DNA of 64,000 nucleotides from Mytilus californianus (taxonomy: Eukaryota), in the NCBI RefSeq assembly GCF_021869535.1, contig NW_026262701.1:96844001-96908000 (forward strand), read 5' to 3'. Made by a program: the position numbers and the translations under genes. The stretch's first letter is position 1, and each line of letters begins with the position of its first letter. The notes beneath the pieces were generated by a model. It did no database searches, was not told the origin of the DNA, and worked only from the letters and a program-made list of their open reading frames with translations. Shown here piece after piece: positions 39,443 through 50,242 of this stretch.

Positions 39443-40095
39443 GAGAGGTGTGGTATGATTGCCAATGTGACAACTATCCACCAAAGTTCAAATGAAGTGG
39501 ATGTAAGCAATTACAGGCAACCATACAGCCTTCAACAATGAGAAAAATCCATACAGTATAGTGGGCTGTAAAAAGCGTGACTTGAAAAATATGAATAAAT
39601 GCAATTTAGAAAGCAAATGGCCTAATTTATAACAAAAAAATTTACGAAAAAAAAACCAAATATGACACACGAACCAATGACAACCTTTTAAGTACAGGCT
39701 CCTGACTTGGAACAGGCACATAAAGAATGTGGTGGGGTTAAACATGTTTGTGAGCACAACATAAGAACAAACTATAAAAATCAGTTGAAAAAGGCTTAAC
39801 TCATCAGATGAATACAAAGCAGAAAAACATCAAACAAAAACACAGACCAGACGTGGCAGGGGATTTATACATCCCTCATTCCTAACAACAAAAAAGACAC
39901 TAAGTACAGATCTGAGAGGACTCGTAGTTACCGACAGCTAGTTCACAGCCTTCAAAGCCCATAACAACTAATAAAAAAAAGTCATGTATCTAAGACTGAA
40001 ATATCAATCAACTCACATCCAACATCCAATGGATTTAGTGTAAAGACGTCATTAACAGTCAGAGAAAAGCATGATCTTGTGCAATGCCAAAATTC
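39443..40095 (+). repeat. Dispersed repeat family starting (a)gatgtggtatgattgccaatgagacaact; longest copy
   Basis: The head motif recurs at ~924, ~28538 and ~37720, and in reverse at ~54865, ~61085 and ~61465. Region 37715-38065 shares further downstream blocks (cttgactcatcagat, atccaacagatttagtgtaaagac). Confidence 0.7.
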
Positions 40096-40364
40096 ATTGT
40101 TGAATTCTGAATTGTTAAGGTCAAGGTGAAAACTGAGTTTAACACTACACTTCCAACTACTCAATATATTTCCAGTGCATAAAATCCAATTGAAGATATT
40201 TAGTAGTTCAGATGTCATTAGAATGGCTAGATGTATGGTCATGGTCATATGTACTAGTCTGTAGGTTCAAGAAGTATATGCTCTCAAATTTTGTGGCCTT
40301 TTCTTCCAAATGGGACAGGCTTCAGTTCAAAAATGGTAATAATTTCTTACAATTTTACTTTCAG

Positions 40365-40386
40365 AACCACCAGAGAAACCAAGAAA
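40365..40386 (+). CDS. IgSF-ITIM receptor exon 7: 22-nt micro-exon (EPPEKPR)
   Basis: Strong acceptor ttttactttcag and donor AA|GTAAGT. Its phase 1-to-2 change is what is needed to put exons 8-9 in frame. Confidence 0.75.
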
Positions 40387-41679
40387 GTAAGTTTCCTTTT
40401 GTATCTTATATTGTACAATTAAATGCAATTTTCTTAACCTTATTTTTCCTTTTTATATAGAAAACTGGAAAAAATATTATATCTATTGACTATATAAATA
40501 AATATGAATTCTCAGTGGATTGCTAAAAAGATACTTTTGCAAAGTATTTTGTGATTGTGTCAACTGCCAGCCAAGCTAAGAAAGTACTTTTGTTGCCTAC
40601 GACGTTTTCATCCGTGTTGTATTTTGTTAATTCACAATTTCCCAAAACAGCTTTACAGAAGTAAATAAAACACAGATTCTTCCACAGAATATAAAGTTGT
40701 GATCATGCATCTGATTATTAATCTCATACCAAATTATGGTCGTTTACCATTTCTGATTATAAAAAGAGAAGAAACCAAGGGGACAATCTAAAAATGAAAA
40801 GTCCAATGAAAACAGGACAACAGAATGGCAAGAAAGAATAAGTAATGAAAAGACAAACAACATTAACAGAACATTGCACAGAAAGCTAAAGATTGAGCAA
40901 CAGGAACTTCACCCAAAATTGTAGGTGAACTCAGATGTTCTAGAAGGGTCACAGTTCCTGCACCTTTAGTGACGCTCATCATGTTACACATGTAACAAGA
41001 CATTGATGAGTCATATCCAGTGATTAGTCATCATATAGCAGCGAATTGATAATGGCTCTTGTCTAAGCCTAAGATCCACAAAATTCTATTCCATCGGTAC
41101 ACATAAATTTCTTCAACCCTAAATATGACCGTATTGGAAAGTTTAAAATGACCATGAAATGTTCCAGACAAAAAAAAGACTTGAAATAAGAAACAAAAAA
41201 CCAAAAAAACACAATTACTTTACTGAAAACTAAAGCAGTTTTCCTATTCTGCTAGTGGCATCTGTTATGTTGCTCATTGAAGATAAAACATTGCATTCTG
41301 TCATGTCCAAATTGAGGAAAAAGGGTGGTACCGTTGTTACTCATTGGTACTTACAGTATTACATATACTTGGTATATGCAGATGGACCATTTTCTGCTTA
41401 TAACAGTTAGGCCATTTTGGATTTAGGTTTTGTTCATCAGCAACTTCTTTAAAACAGAATGGCAGAATTCCACAAAATTTAATTTGCACAGATTTTTTCT
41501 ACAGGAAGTGAAATTGTAGTTCCACATCCCAAAACACAGACTTGCCTATCTCTTGTTATAGTATTTTGAGACAGCAGGTGACACATGTCTATCTTCAAAG
41601 ACTCACACATTTTTCATCAATAAAATAGCCTAGTTTTAACATGAAAATATTATTATTGTTGTGTTTAATTTATTTTCAG

Positions 41680-41740
41680 CAACCTGAGTTTTGTAGATAG
41701 AAAAGATGCATTAGGGGATAAGAATGGTCCATTTAATAAT
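41680..41740 (+). CDS. IgSF-ITIM receptor exon 8: cytoplasmic spacer (NLSFVDRKDALGDKNGPFNN)
   Basis: Acceptor tttattttcag and donor AAT|GTAAGT; phase 2-0. Confidence 0.75.
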
Positions 41741-42049
41741 GTAAGTATAGGATACTATCTGAAGATGTAGACAGGTATTTTTACCTTATCTCATAATAAA
41801 ATCTTACAAAACAAATGTTCAGTTTAATTTAACTTTCTTTTATCATGTGGGAGGGGAGAGAACTCATTTCTGACTAGATAGGAGAAATTGTTGCAAGAAA
41901 GAACAATCCAATCTGAATGTTTATAGTTCAATACAAAATAACATAAAAATAACATAAAATAAAGAGTTATTTATATATTATATATTGAAGTATTAACATT
42001 GTGTTATAAGATGAAATGGTAACCTTGTATGGTTTTTATTTTATTTCAG

Positions 42050-42175
42050 CATAATATACATTATGCAGATTTGAATTTTGATGATCGTCCAAGAAGTCGG
42101 AAACCATTACAGTTGAGTCAAGATTCTGATTTAGATCATGCACCATACGCTGAAGTGATGATGCCAAGAGTGTAA
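42050..42175 (+). CDS. IgSF-ITIM receptor exon 9: HNIHYADLNFDDRPRSRKPLQLSQDSDLDHAPYAEVMMPRV-stop
   Basis: Acceptor tttttattttatttcag in phase 0 and stop TAA at 42173-42175. Contains the ITIM-consensus IHYADL and a second motif APYAEV. Confidence 0.85.
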   Translation, partial: HNIHYADLNFDDRPRSRKPLQLSQDSDLDHAPYAEVMMPRV

Positions 42176-45100
42176 CAATCATCAAATTTTGGTGCATTCA
42201 TTACAGAAATCATGCCATTAGACTTATTTGTGTATTTGTATGGCCTGTAGCTGTAAGCTTACTATGTGTGCCAAATTGTATGTGACTGTTAGTTTGTCAT
42301 GTGACATGATAACAGGTCAGGTGATTAAAATGATTTTTTTTTTATATTGATCATGTGATTGACAATTTTTAATAATTGTTGATATCATATTGGTGTTCTG
42401 ATAAGGAAAACAATTTTATTACTGAAAAATAGTTTTAAGCCTTGGCTTTATGCAATATCAAATAATTTTGTTTCTGAACTTGTACAAGTATAAATGCTGT
42501 CATGATAATTAAACGAAACCTAATTTGTAATTATTACTACAACTATGATTGCGGAAAATTTTACTATACAGTTTAACTTCTGTTTGTCAAGAATCTCAAA
42601 GTGATTAGAATGGAAATAATGATGAAAATCTATATAGTACCATTTATTGGGGATTTACCTTAAGAGAAAAATGGTAAAAAATGATGGCGCATGTTATTTG
42701 AATGGAACATTAGACCAACACATACAAACTTAAATCATTTTATAAGAAATGAAGGTCTTATATATACATGTATTTGGGAAAAAAAACTTAATTTTGAATG
42801 TAATGGCCTTTATCTGTCTATTGAATATGATATAATATCAGTAGTTGAATAAAATGGTTGAGGTGAATTATATTAATAATACATAGACGAGGAATTGCAT
42901 GTATTTCAATAATGTTTTAATATATTTCAAACAAAAGTGCTAATTGTACATAAAACTATTTTTTTATATAATTTTTAGCTACGTAATACATTCCATTAGG
43001 AGGGATCAGTTTAAGTATGAAAGATGATATTTCATTTCACTATTGGTTTATTATATTAAATAAGCATTACATTTGACTAAATCCATTTTGTTGGATTTGA
43101 AGTTGTATTAAACATATCTGAGCACTGTTCATGAATACATATATTTTTGTACTTTATGCAAAATCAAATTTTTTAATAATAAACTTTATCAAAATCCATT
43201 CCCTCCATGAGTAAGTGGCCTTGTAAAAAGTTTCGTCCATTTTTTGTTATTAAAAGTTACTGTTTAAATGCAAACTATTGAACCTACATTGCATTTTCGA
43301 GTTTTTGATATGGCTGTATGTTTTTGCAGTCTTGTTACTTTTATTTAAATTAGAAATTAGAACATATCATTCCAAATTTCTGTGTTGTGAAGTACAATTT
43401 ATGATTCAAATTATTTTATTAAAAAGTGTTGTGAAGTTCATATTAGTTAGACAATTTCCACATCATATATAATTTATCTGCATTGAAATATATGAATATT
43501 CAAAGAATATTTCCCAAAACCATGTGTTGTGAAGTAATGATACATTGTTTGACATTTTCAACATAATTATTTAAATTGAAAATGAATATTTGAGAATTTT
43601 TTGTCAGGACCTGTTTTATTTTGTCATGCAAGTAGGGGAAAAAACTGTCCTTGACCATCTTCCAATTGACCATTGATATGACTGATAATGTCTATAATTA
43701 TGTTGCTTCAAGGTCAATGTTTTAGAATTATTGCATGGTATAATTTTGAGTTAGATGTGTATGTGATTGATTAAATTTAGTAAATTTTTGCGAGTGTCTG
43801 CACTGTATTATACAAAAGTGATTGTGCTAGACACACTACCCTTTAGTATGACATTATAAGCTTATTATATATACAGCATTTATTAAATGTATAACCCACC
43901 AATATGGCATGTTACCTTCATTCATTCATAGTCATTCGTTCATTCATAATTTAACACTTTCATTCATAACTGTTTGTTCATTGAGTGTTATTCACATCTT
44001 TATGCATATTTCTGTGTGTGGCTGTTACTTATGGGACCATTAAAGTTAATAACAGCTTGCAGATATATATGATGATGATACTGTTTAGGAATTATGAATA
44101 TAAGTAATAATTAGTATTTTAAATCTGATTCATTTTCCCCTTAAATAAGTCAGTCAAAAAACATTGAACTCGGGTCTTTTACTGATAATTGATTTCCTTG
44201 GATTTTAGGTATCTTCCTTTGTGGTGTTAATAGATCTTACAAATTGTTTACAATAACTGTTGTATTGCTAACATTATCTATTTTGGTTTAAAGTGAAGTT
44301 ATTGTTCCTTTGAAGTTTAAAGTAAAATCATTTAATGAGCCAGTAATGCTATTTCAGCTATTTTATTTCATACATTCGTATGCATGAATCCAATGAAAAA
44401 TAGCGGATACAAATTTCTTTCATGTATACAGCAGCCATATATTTGAATATATTAACTGCAATACTATATGCACTTGCCATTGTAGATATATCATCGTAAC
44501 ATAATATCATAGATATCTCATTCACCTTTGTAGTATACTATTGTAGATATCTCCTTGTACTATATATTATATCATCTATGATATTACCATTTACTAGTCA
44601 TGTATAATATGTCATTGTATTATAGACTATATCAGTTTTTCTCCTTATTTTGATGAAGAAATCATATAATGTCTACCGTTTATTTATTTTTTACATGGAA
44701 AACATTTTAGTAAGGGGTGATCCATCATGTTACGTGTATTTAAATATAGTTTTTACAAGGGATTTGGACCATAGGAGAAATTTTAGTTTTTCCTTACCCT
44801 AATTTTTTAATTTTTTAGACTTTTCCATAGAAAAGATTTCAGGCTGCCTTTTGCAATTATTTTCAGTGTTTGAATTTAAATAGTCTTAAGGAATTGATCT
44901 TTTAAGTTGTAGCAGCCTTCTTTGACCTCAAATGATCTGTATTGACTTTACTGAAATTAACAAACTATAGAAATGCATTTTTTTGCGTGAATTTTAATTT
45001 CATTGTAAGACCTAACATTTTCTTCATGGCTGTTATTAACAAATACATGAAAAAATAATGATTAATTCATATTTGATGTATGAGGGGAGATTATTCATAT

Positions 45101-46340
45101 AATTAAATTTTATGATAAATTGAACTGTAGATTTACCTATGTTGTGATATAGCAAGAACAAGAGTATGCACATTTTAAAAAAAATCATTGAAAACATTTA
45201 ATAATACCTTTCTTCTCATCTTTGATTTAAAAATTGATCATTCAGCTTTGTTTTACATATTATTATGCATATCTTTTTTTTTTTTAACAAGCCTAGTTAC
45301 ATGCTCTTTTATTATATTTTGATAATAGCACAATAGGTCTTAAACTTAGTAAAGTAAAAACAAAATTCTGTCATTTTCTCTGTAGTGGTAATCTTCCTTG
45401 ATACCTTCAATCATGAATTAAAAGTTAAATTCAGTTCCATTAAAATGCAATGACTTTATGGGCTAAAGATATTATAAAAGATTGAAAGGAACAGTATATT
45501 TGTAGCTAAGAAGAGACAATGTTTACCACTTTATTAGCCTATCAGATGTAAACTTTTGATGAAAATTTACATGGAATACTAGATAAACATATCCCCAGAT
45601 AACCCAGCAGTTATAGTGTGTTGATGTAAAGCAATATTGATTGTTCAAGTTACCAAGTTTTATTGTATTTTTTTATTTACACATATACACAAATCATGAA
45701 ATTTGAAAATGTAAATGGTGGGTGAATATTCAGATCAAGTTAACAGGAATAATTAAGTAAACAATCCATATGTATTTCCAATACAGTACTATTTTCAATA
45801 GCAATAAGCAAGAAAAATATGGGCATCTTTAATCATTATTCAGGTTGTCTATTAGTCATTATCTTGTAAATATCAATTTTTACAAAGAGATGATGATTTT
45901 GACCAGTGTATGTAAAGGGAACAAGGATAAGGTGAATTCAATCAAGTTACATATATTTTATCATTTAGCATAACATTTAGATTGTTTTTAAGAATTCCAG
46001 ATTCTAAGTTACCTTGTTAATAAAATTTTGAATTTCTGTAGTAGTTGTGTTATGTTGTGAGTTGTGTTGTAATTTAGAAAATTTAGAGAAGAAATACTTT
46101 ACAGGTATGTCAGATGTAAAAACAATACCAAAGGAGAAATAAAATTCTTGAAATTAAAAAAATGACATTTATAAAACAAGTTTGATTAGTAAACCAGAAT
46201 TTCACAAAGAAAGCCATAATACAAGACTGACTGACCAATTTGAGACATTCATAGAAGAATTTGTAATTAAATGTCATACTCTAAACTTGGTACAAATAGG
46301 CATTTATAGAAAGTTAAATTTGTTTTGCAGCACCATGTCT

Positions 46341-47521
46341 TTTTTTATGCCCCCGCCGTAGCGGAGGGGGCATTAAGTTTTACCCTTGTCCGTCTGTACG
46401 TACGTCCGTCCGTACGTCCCGAAATTGGTTTCCGTTCTCTAACTTCAGTTTGCCTCAGCCAAATGTTATGAAACTTAAACACAATGCTTATTACCACAAA
46501 ACACAGATCAAGTTTGAATTTTGGTGGCGTCACTTTAACCGATCTAGAGTTATGCCCCTTTATAAAAGGAAATATTGCAAAATTTTTAGTTTCCGTTCTC
46601 TAACTTAAGTTTGCCTCAACCAAATGTTATGAAACTTATACACAATGCTTATTACCACAAAACACAGATCAAGTTTGAATTTTGGTGGTGTCACTTTAAC
46701 GGATCTAGAGTTATGCCCCTTTATAAAAGGAAAAATTGCAAAATTTTTATTTTCTTCTAAATATCAAGTTTATATAATATATTTTTAAAATTGGAGTTAT
46801 CTTCCTTTGACCATGATTATAGTTGGATCAACTAAAATCAATGCTTTATACAATGCAATGTTTAATATTGACTTCCACTGATAAAACACAGATCAAGTTG
46901 AATTTGGGTAGTGTCACTTTAACCATTATTGAGTTATGCCCCTTTATAAATAGAAAGATTGCAAATTTTTTTAGTTTCCATTCTGTAACTGAAGTTTTCC
47001 CCAGCCAAACATTATGAAACCTATACACAATATTCATTACCACAAAACTCAGTAAGGATCAAGTACAATTTTTTTGTTTCAGTTCTCTAACTTGAGTTTG
47101 CCTCAACCAAATGTTATGAAACTTTTACACAATGCTTATTACTACATAATACAGATTAAGTACGAAATTAGGTGGCAACACTTTTACCATTCTAGAGTTA
47201 TGTCCCTTTATAAACATAAAAATTGCTGAATTTTTTAGTTTGTCTCAACCAAATGTTGTAAAACTTATACACAACTGTTCTAGAGTTATGGGTGTTTACA
47301 AATAGAAAAATTGCTGAATTTTTAGTTTCTGTTCTCTACTTAAGTTAGCCTCAACCAAATGTTATGAGACTTACACACAATGCTTATTACCACAAAACTC
47401 AGATCAAGTTCAAATTTGGGTAGCGTCACTTTTACCGTTCTTCAGTTAAGTCTCTTTATAACTATATGATATGCAAGCGGGGGCATCATCTGTGTCCACA
47501 TGTGGACACTATCCACATTTA
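46341..47521 (+). mobile_element. HINE-like element of the 161-bp family (~6 partly degenerate monomers)
   Basis: 5' stem ATGCCCCC-GCCGTAGCGGA-GGGGGCAT. 3' GCGGGGGCAT (47477-47486) followed by the perfect palindrome GTGTCCACATGTGGACAC (47492-47509). Confidence 0.85.
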
Positions 47522-47611
47522 TTCTTTATAGACTAAAACACTTGTATTTCTGAAGTCCTATCACAACACATAGTATTTTGTTAAAACCTACAACTGATTG
47601 CACCATGAAAC

Positions 47612-48036
47612 TTTTTTGTGCCCGGAAGAAGCAGAGGTGGCATTAAGTTTTACCATTGTCCTTCTATCCGTCCGTACATCCCGAAATTGGTTTCCGTTCT
47701 CTAACTTAAGTTAGCCTCAACCAAATGTTATGAATCTTATACACATTGCTTATTACCACAAAACATAGATCAAGTTTGAATTTGGTGGTGTCACTTTTAT
47801 AGTTCTAGTGTTATGCCCCTTTACAAATGGAAAAATTGCTGAATTTTACATTTCTGCCCACTAACTTAAGTTTGCCTCAACTGAATGTTATGAAACATAC
47901 ACAATGTTTATTACTACAAAACTCAGATCTAGTACGAATTTGGGTAGCATTACTTTTACCGTTCTTGAGTTATGGGCCTATATAACATATGCAAGCGGGG
48001 GCCTCATCTGTGTCCCACGGACACATTCCCCACTTA
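47612..48036 (+). mobile_element. HINE-like element of the 161-bp family (~2 monomers)
   Basis: Degenerate 5' hairpin, the same monomer, and 3' GCGGGGGCCTCATC-TGTGTCCCACGGACACA. Confidence 0.8.
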
Positions 48037-48614
48037 TTTAATGATATTTTTGTATGGTTTCTTATCCGTGGAACCATTAAATGATCAAAATGGTAGGTAT
48101 CTAGTTAATGTTAACTGTAAATTTGTGCATTTTGGAATTCATATCTGTATATTTAGTAACCTACCAAAAGTATTGATAAACCCTTTACCAAAAAGAAATA
48201 TTGCTATAAATCTGGCTTCAGTGATTAAAAATGTCGCTTGGTTGCAAATTTTCTAAACTGCCATATACACTCATATTGGTTGGTTTCTTTTTAACCACCA
48301 AAAAAAATTTTGAAAATAACACTTGATAAATTCCTGAATCGCTTTTCTGGATTTACCTTCTGGAACGCTCAAAGACAAACATTCTAAAGCTAGGGCTGTA
48401 TTAGAACTGAAACAGTTGAAGAGCTATTCGACCAACAAGAACATAAAACAATAGCCAAATCCATCTAAGGACAAGTGAAGAGAATCTTGCATTTTAAAAT
48501 TATTTGAAGGCACTGAAGCCCGTTCTTCAAAACAGCACTGCAATGCAGAGGAGTATTGATATTCTTATAAACTAATACAAAATAATTTTTAGAAATGACC
48601 ATGTTAGAGTGAAA

Positions 48615-49025
48615 TTAATAGGGCCCCGCCTAGTGGTGGGTCACCCTATAGTGATCAGTCTGTTTGTTCTCCGTAACAAATTGTGTCTGCTTTCTATCTA
48701 GAGAACCGTTGTAATTTCATACTTTATACTTGATATGTATATTAACCAACACTAGAGGGTGTGTCATAATGTATGTGCAACTTCTTAGGTCAAAGGTCAA
48801 GGTCAAAAACTGGTTTCAGTTGACAACCCCATGTCCTATGGTACAGATCAAGTCCGCTCTATATCATGAGAACCGTTATGGTTTCAAAGTTTATACTTGA
48901 CATGTATATTAATCAACACTAGAGGGTGTGTCATAATGTATGAACAACTTCCTAGGTCAAAGGTCCGTTCGTCTGTCTGTCGGTCCGTCTGTTTCTAACA
49001 AATTGTGTCCGCTCTATATGACTTA
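48615..49025 (+). mobile_element. Partial HINE-like element with ~2 internal units
   Basis: 5' hairpin-like GGCCCCGCC..GGTGGGTCACC and a duplicated block (atacttga.atgtatattaa.caacactagagggtgtgtcataatgtatg). No clear 3' end. Confidence 0.5.
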
Positions 49026-49147
49026 AAAAAGTGCTTCATATCAGCTTATTCATACAAATTTTTTACCACACGTTATTTACAGCGGGGCCCACAGAGATGA
49101 CTCCTATCTCAATGATGTCTAGTTAATTCAACAATCTTTTGACAGTA

Positions 49148-49355
49148 CTGTAAATTCAGAAATTATTGCGTGCGTTTATTATTGCGATTTTTCAAGTAAG
49201 AACAAAAATGCGAGTTTAATTGTTGCGATTTTAGGAAAAGCTTTATACAGATATACATACATAACAGCTATCAGAATAGTTTTCATTTTTGCGATACTCA
49301 AGGAGTCGCATTATTCGCATTAATAAAAACCTCGCAATAATTTCTGAATTAACAG
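49148..49355. mobile_element. ~208-bp MITE (copy 3 of 3)
   Basis: TA|CTGTAAATTCAGAAATTATTGCG ... CGCAATAATTTCTGAATTAACAG|TA. Confidence 0.8.
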
Positions 49356-50100
49356 TAAATGGTAACTTAATTATGAAGTTGTTGGATGGTATATATGGAT
49401 CATCATTGAGATCTTCTATAAAACAAATTGTGACCAAATATATTGGCTTTTGTATACTATACCGGTATTTGCCTTTTTGAGCAGGAGAAATTTGAATTAT
49501 GTGAAATGTCCAAATGGTGCATAGAACTTCAGTATCTTGTAGCTTTGTATCAGTAACACTAGACCAATGCCACTGCTGGTGGACTACAACACCAGAGGTA
49601 ATTAATAGCCTGGTAACCAAAAGTAAACCAAAAATTATTCACTTTATACAAAAACATTCGCATTCCTGGAGCGTCAATTTATTAACACATACACGGATGA
49701 ATAGCAAAATCATTAAAGAAAATCTGTAAAAAAATCAATTTGATCGGCAATTAAGTCAGTGGGTTTGTCGTTTATGTGAACCATGGTAAATCAAACATTG
49801 AATTCCCTCACAAAATCTTATTACACACTTTAGGCCAGTTGATGTACAGTGTCCAATCACAGTTGTTAGTTTATGGGAACAAATCCAGTCTGTTTTGAGC
49901 AAAAGACTTGACAAGTATTCAAACGAATTTGATTATCAAAGGGAAATTGATGTGATTTGATCAACGATTGATTGTGTATCCCTGTAAACTCCTTCTTTGA
50001 ACTATTGATATTTAAGATAAAAAGAAGAAATTATTTTGTTCCAAATTTGTTGAAATCGTTGCGAGAATTTCGAAAAAGTTTTCTATCCCCCATTGAACAA

Positions 50101-50152
50101 TGACATACGTGATGTCAGTTTAACAAGTCAACAGCACAAGCCGCTATATATA
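50101..50152 (+). promoter_or_regulatory. Candidate proximal promoter of the TRIM-PHR gene: palindrome TGACAT-ACGTG-ATGTCA plus TATA-like run
   Basis: Dyad at 50101-50117 and TATATATA at 50145-50152, about 90-140 bp upstream of the ATG. Motif presence only. Confidence 0.3.
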
Positions 50153-50242
50153 TCAATTTTTAAGAGGTAAACAAAGATAATAATTATCTATAGATATATA
50201 CTAGTAAATGTATATTACTTCCTTTTTCATGTGGGCGTTAAA

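Larger units (their letters stand above)
20214..42175 (+). other. Gene model: 9-exon Ig-superfamily type I receptor, 503 aa (SP-V-C2-I-stalk-TM-ITIM tail)
   Basis: Exons 20214-20271, 28807-29202, 32023-32373, 32986-33270, 36453-36536, 38730-38858, 40365-40386, 41680-41740 and 42050-42175 join with GT-AG introns in phases 1,1,1,1,1,1,2,0. The result is an uninterrupted 1512-nt frame (504 codons including stop). Confidence 0.85.

Noticed and set aside
50231-50242. GTG start assigned by the ORF track to the TRIM ORF
   Set aside because: Eukaryotic gene; the ATG at 50243 has a good Kozak-like context.
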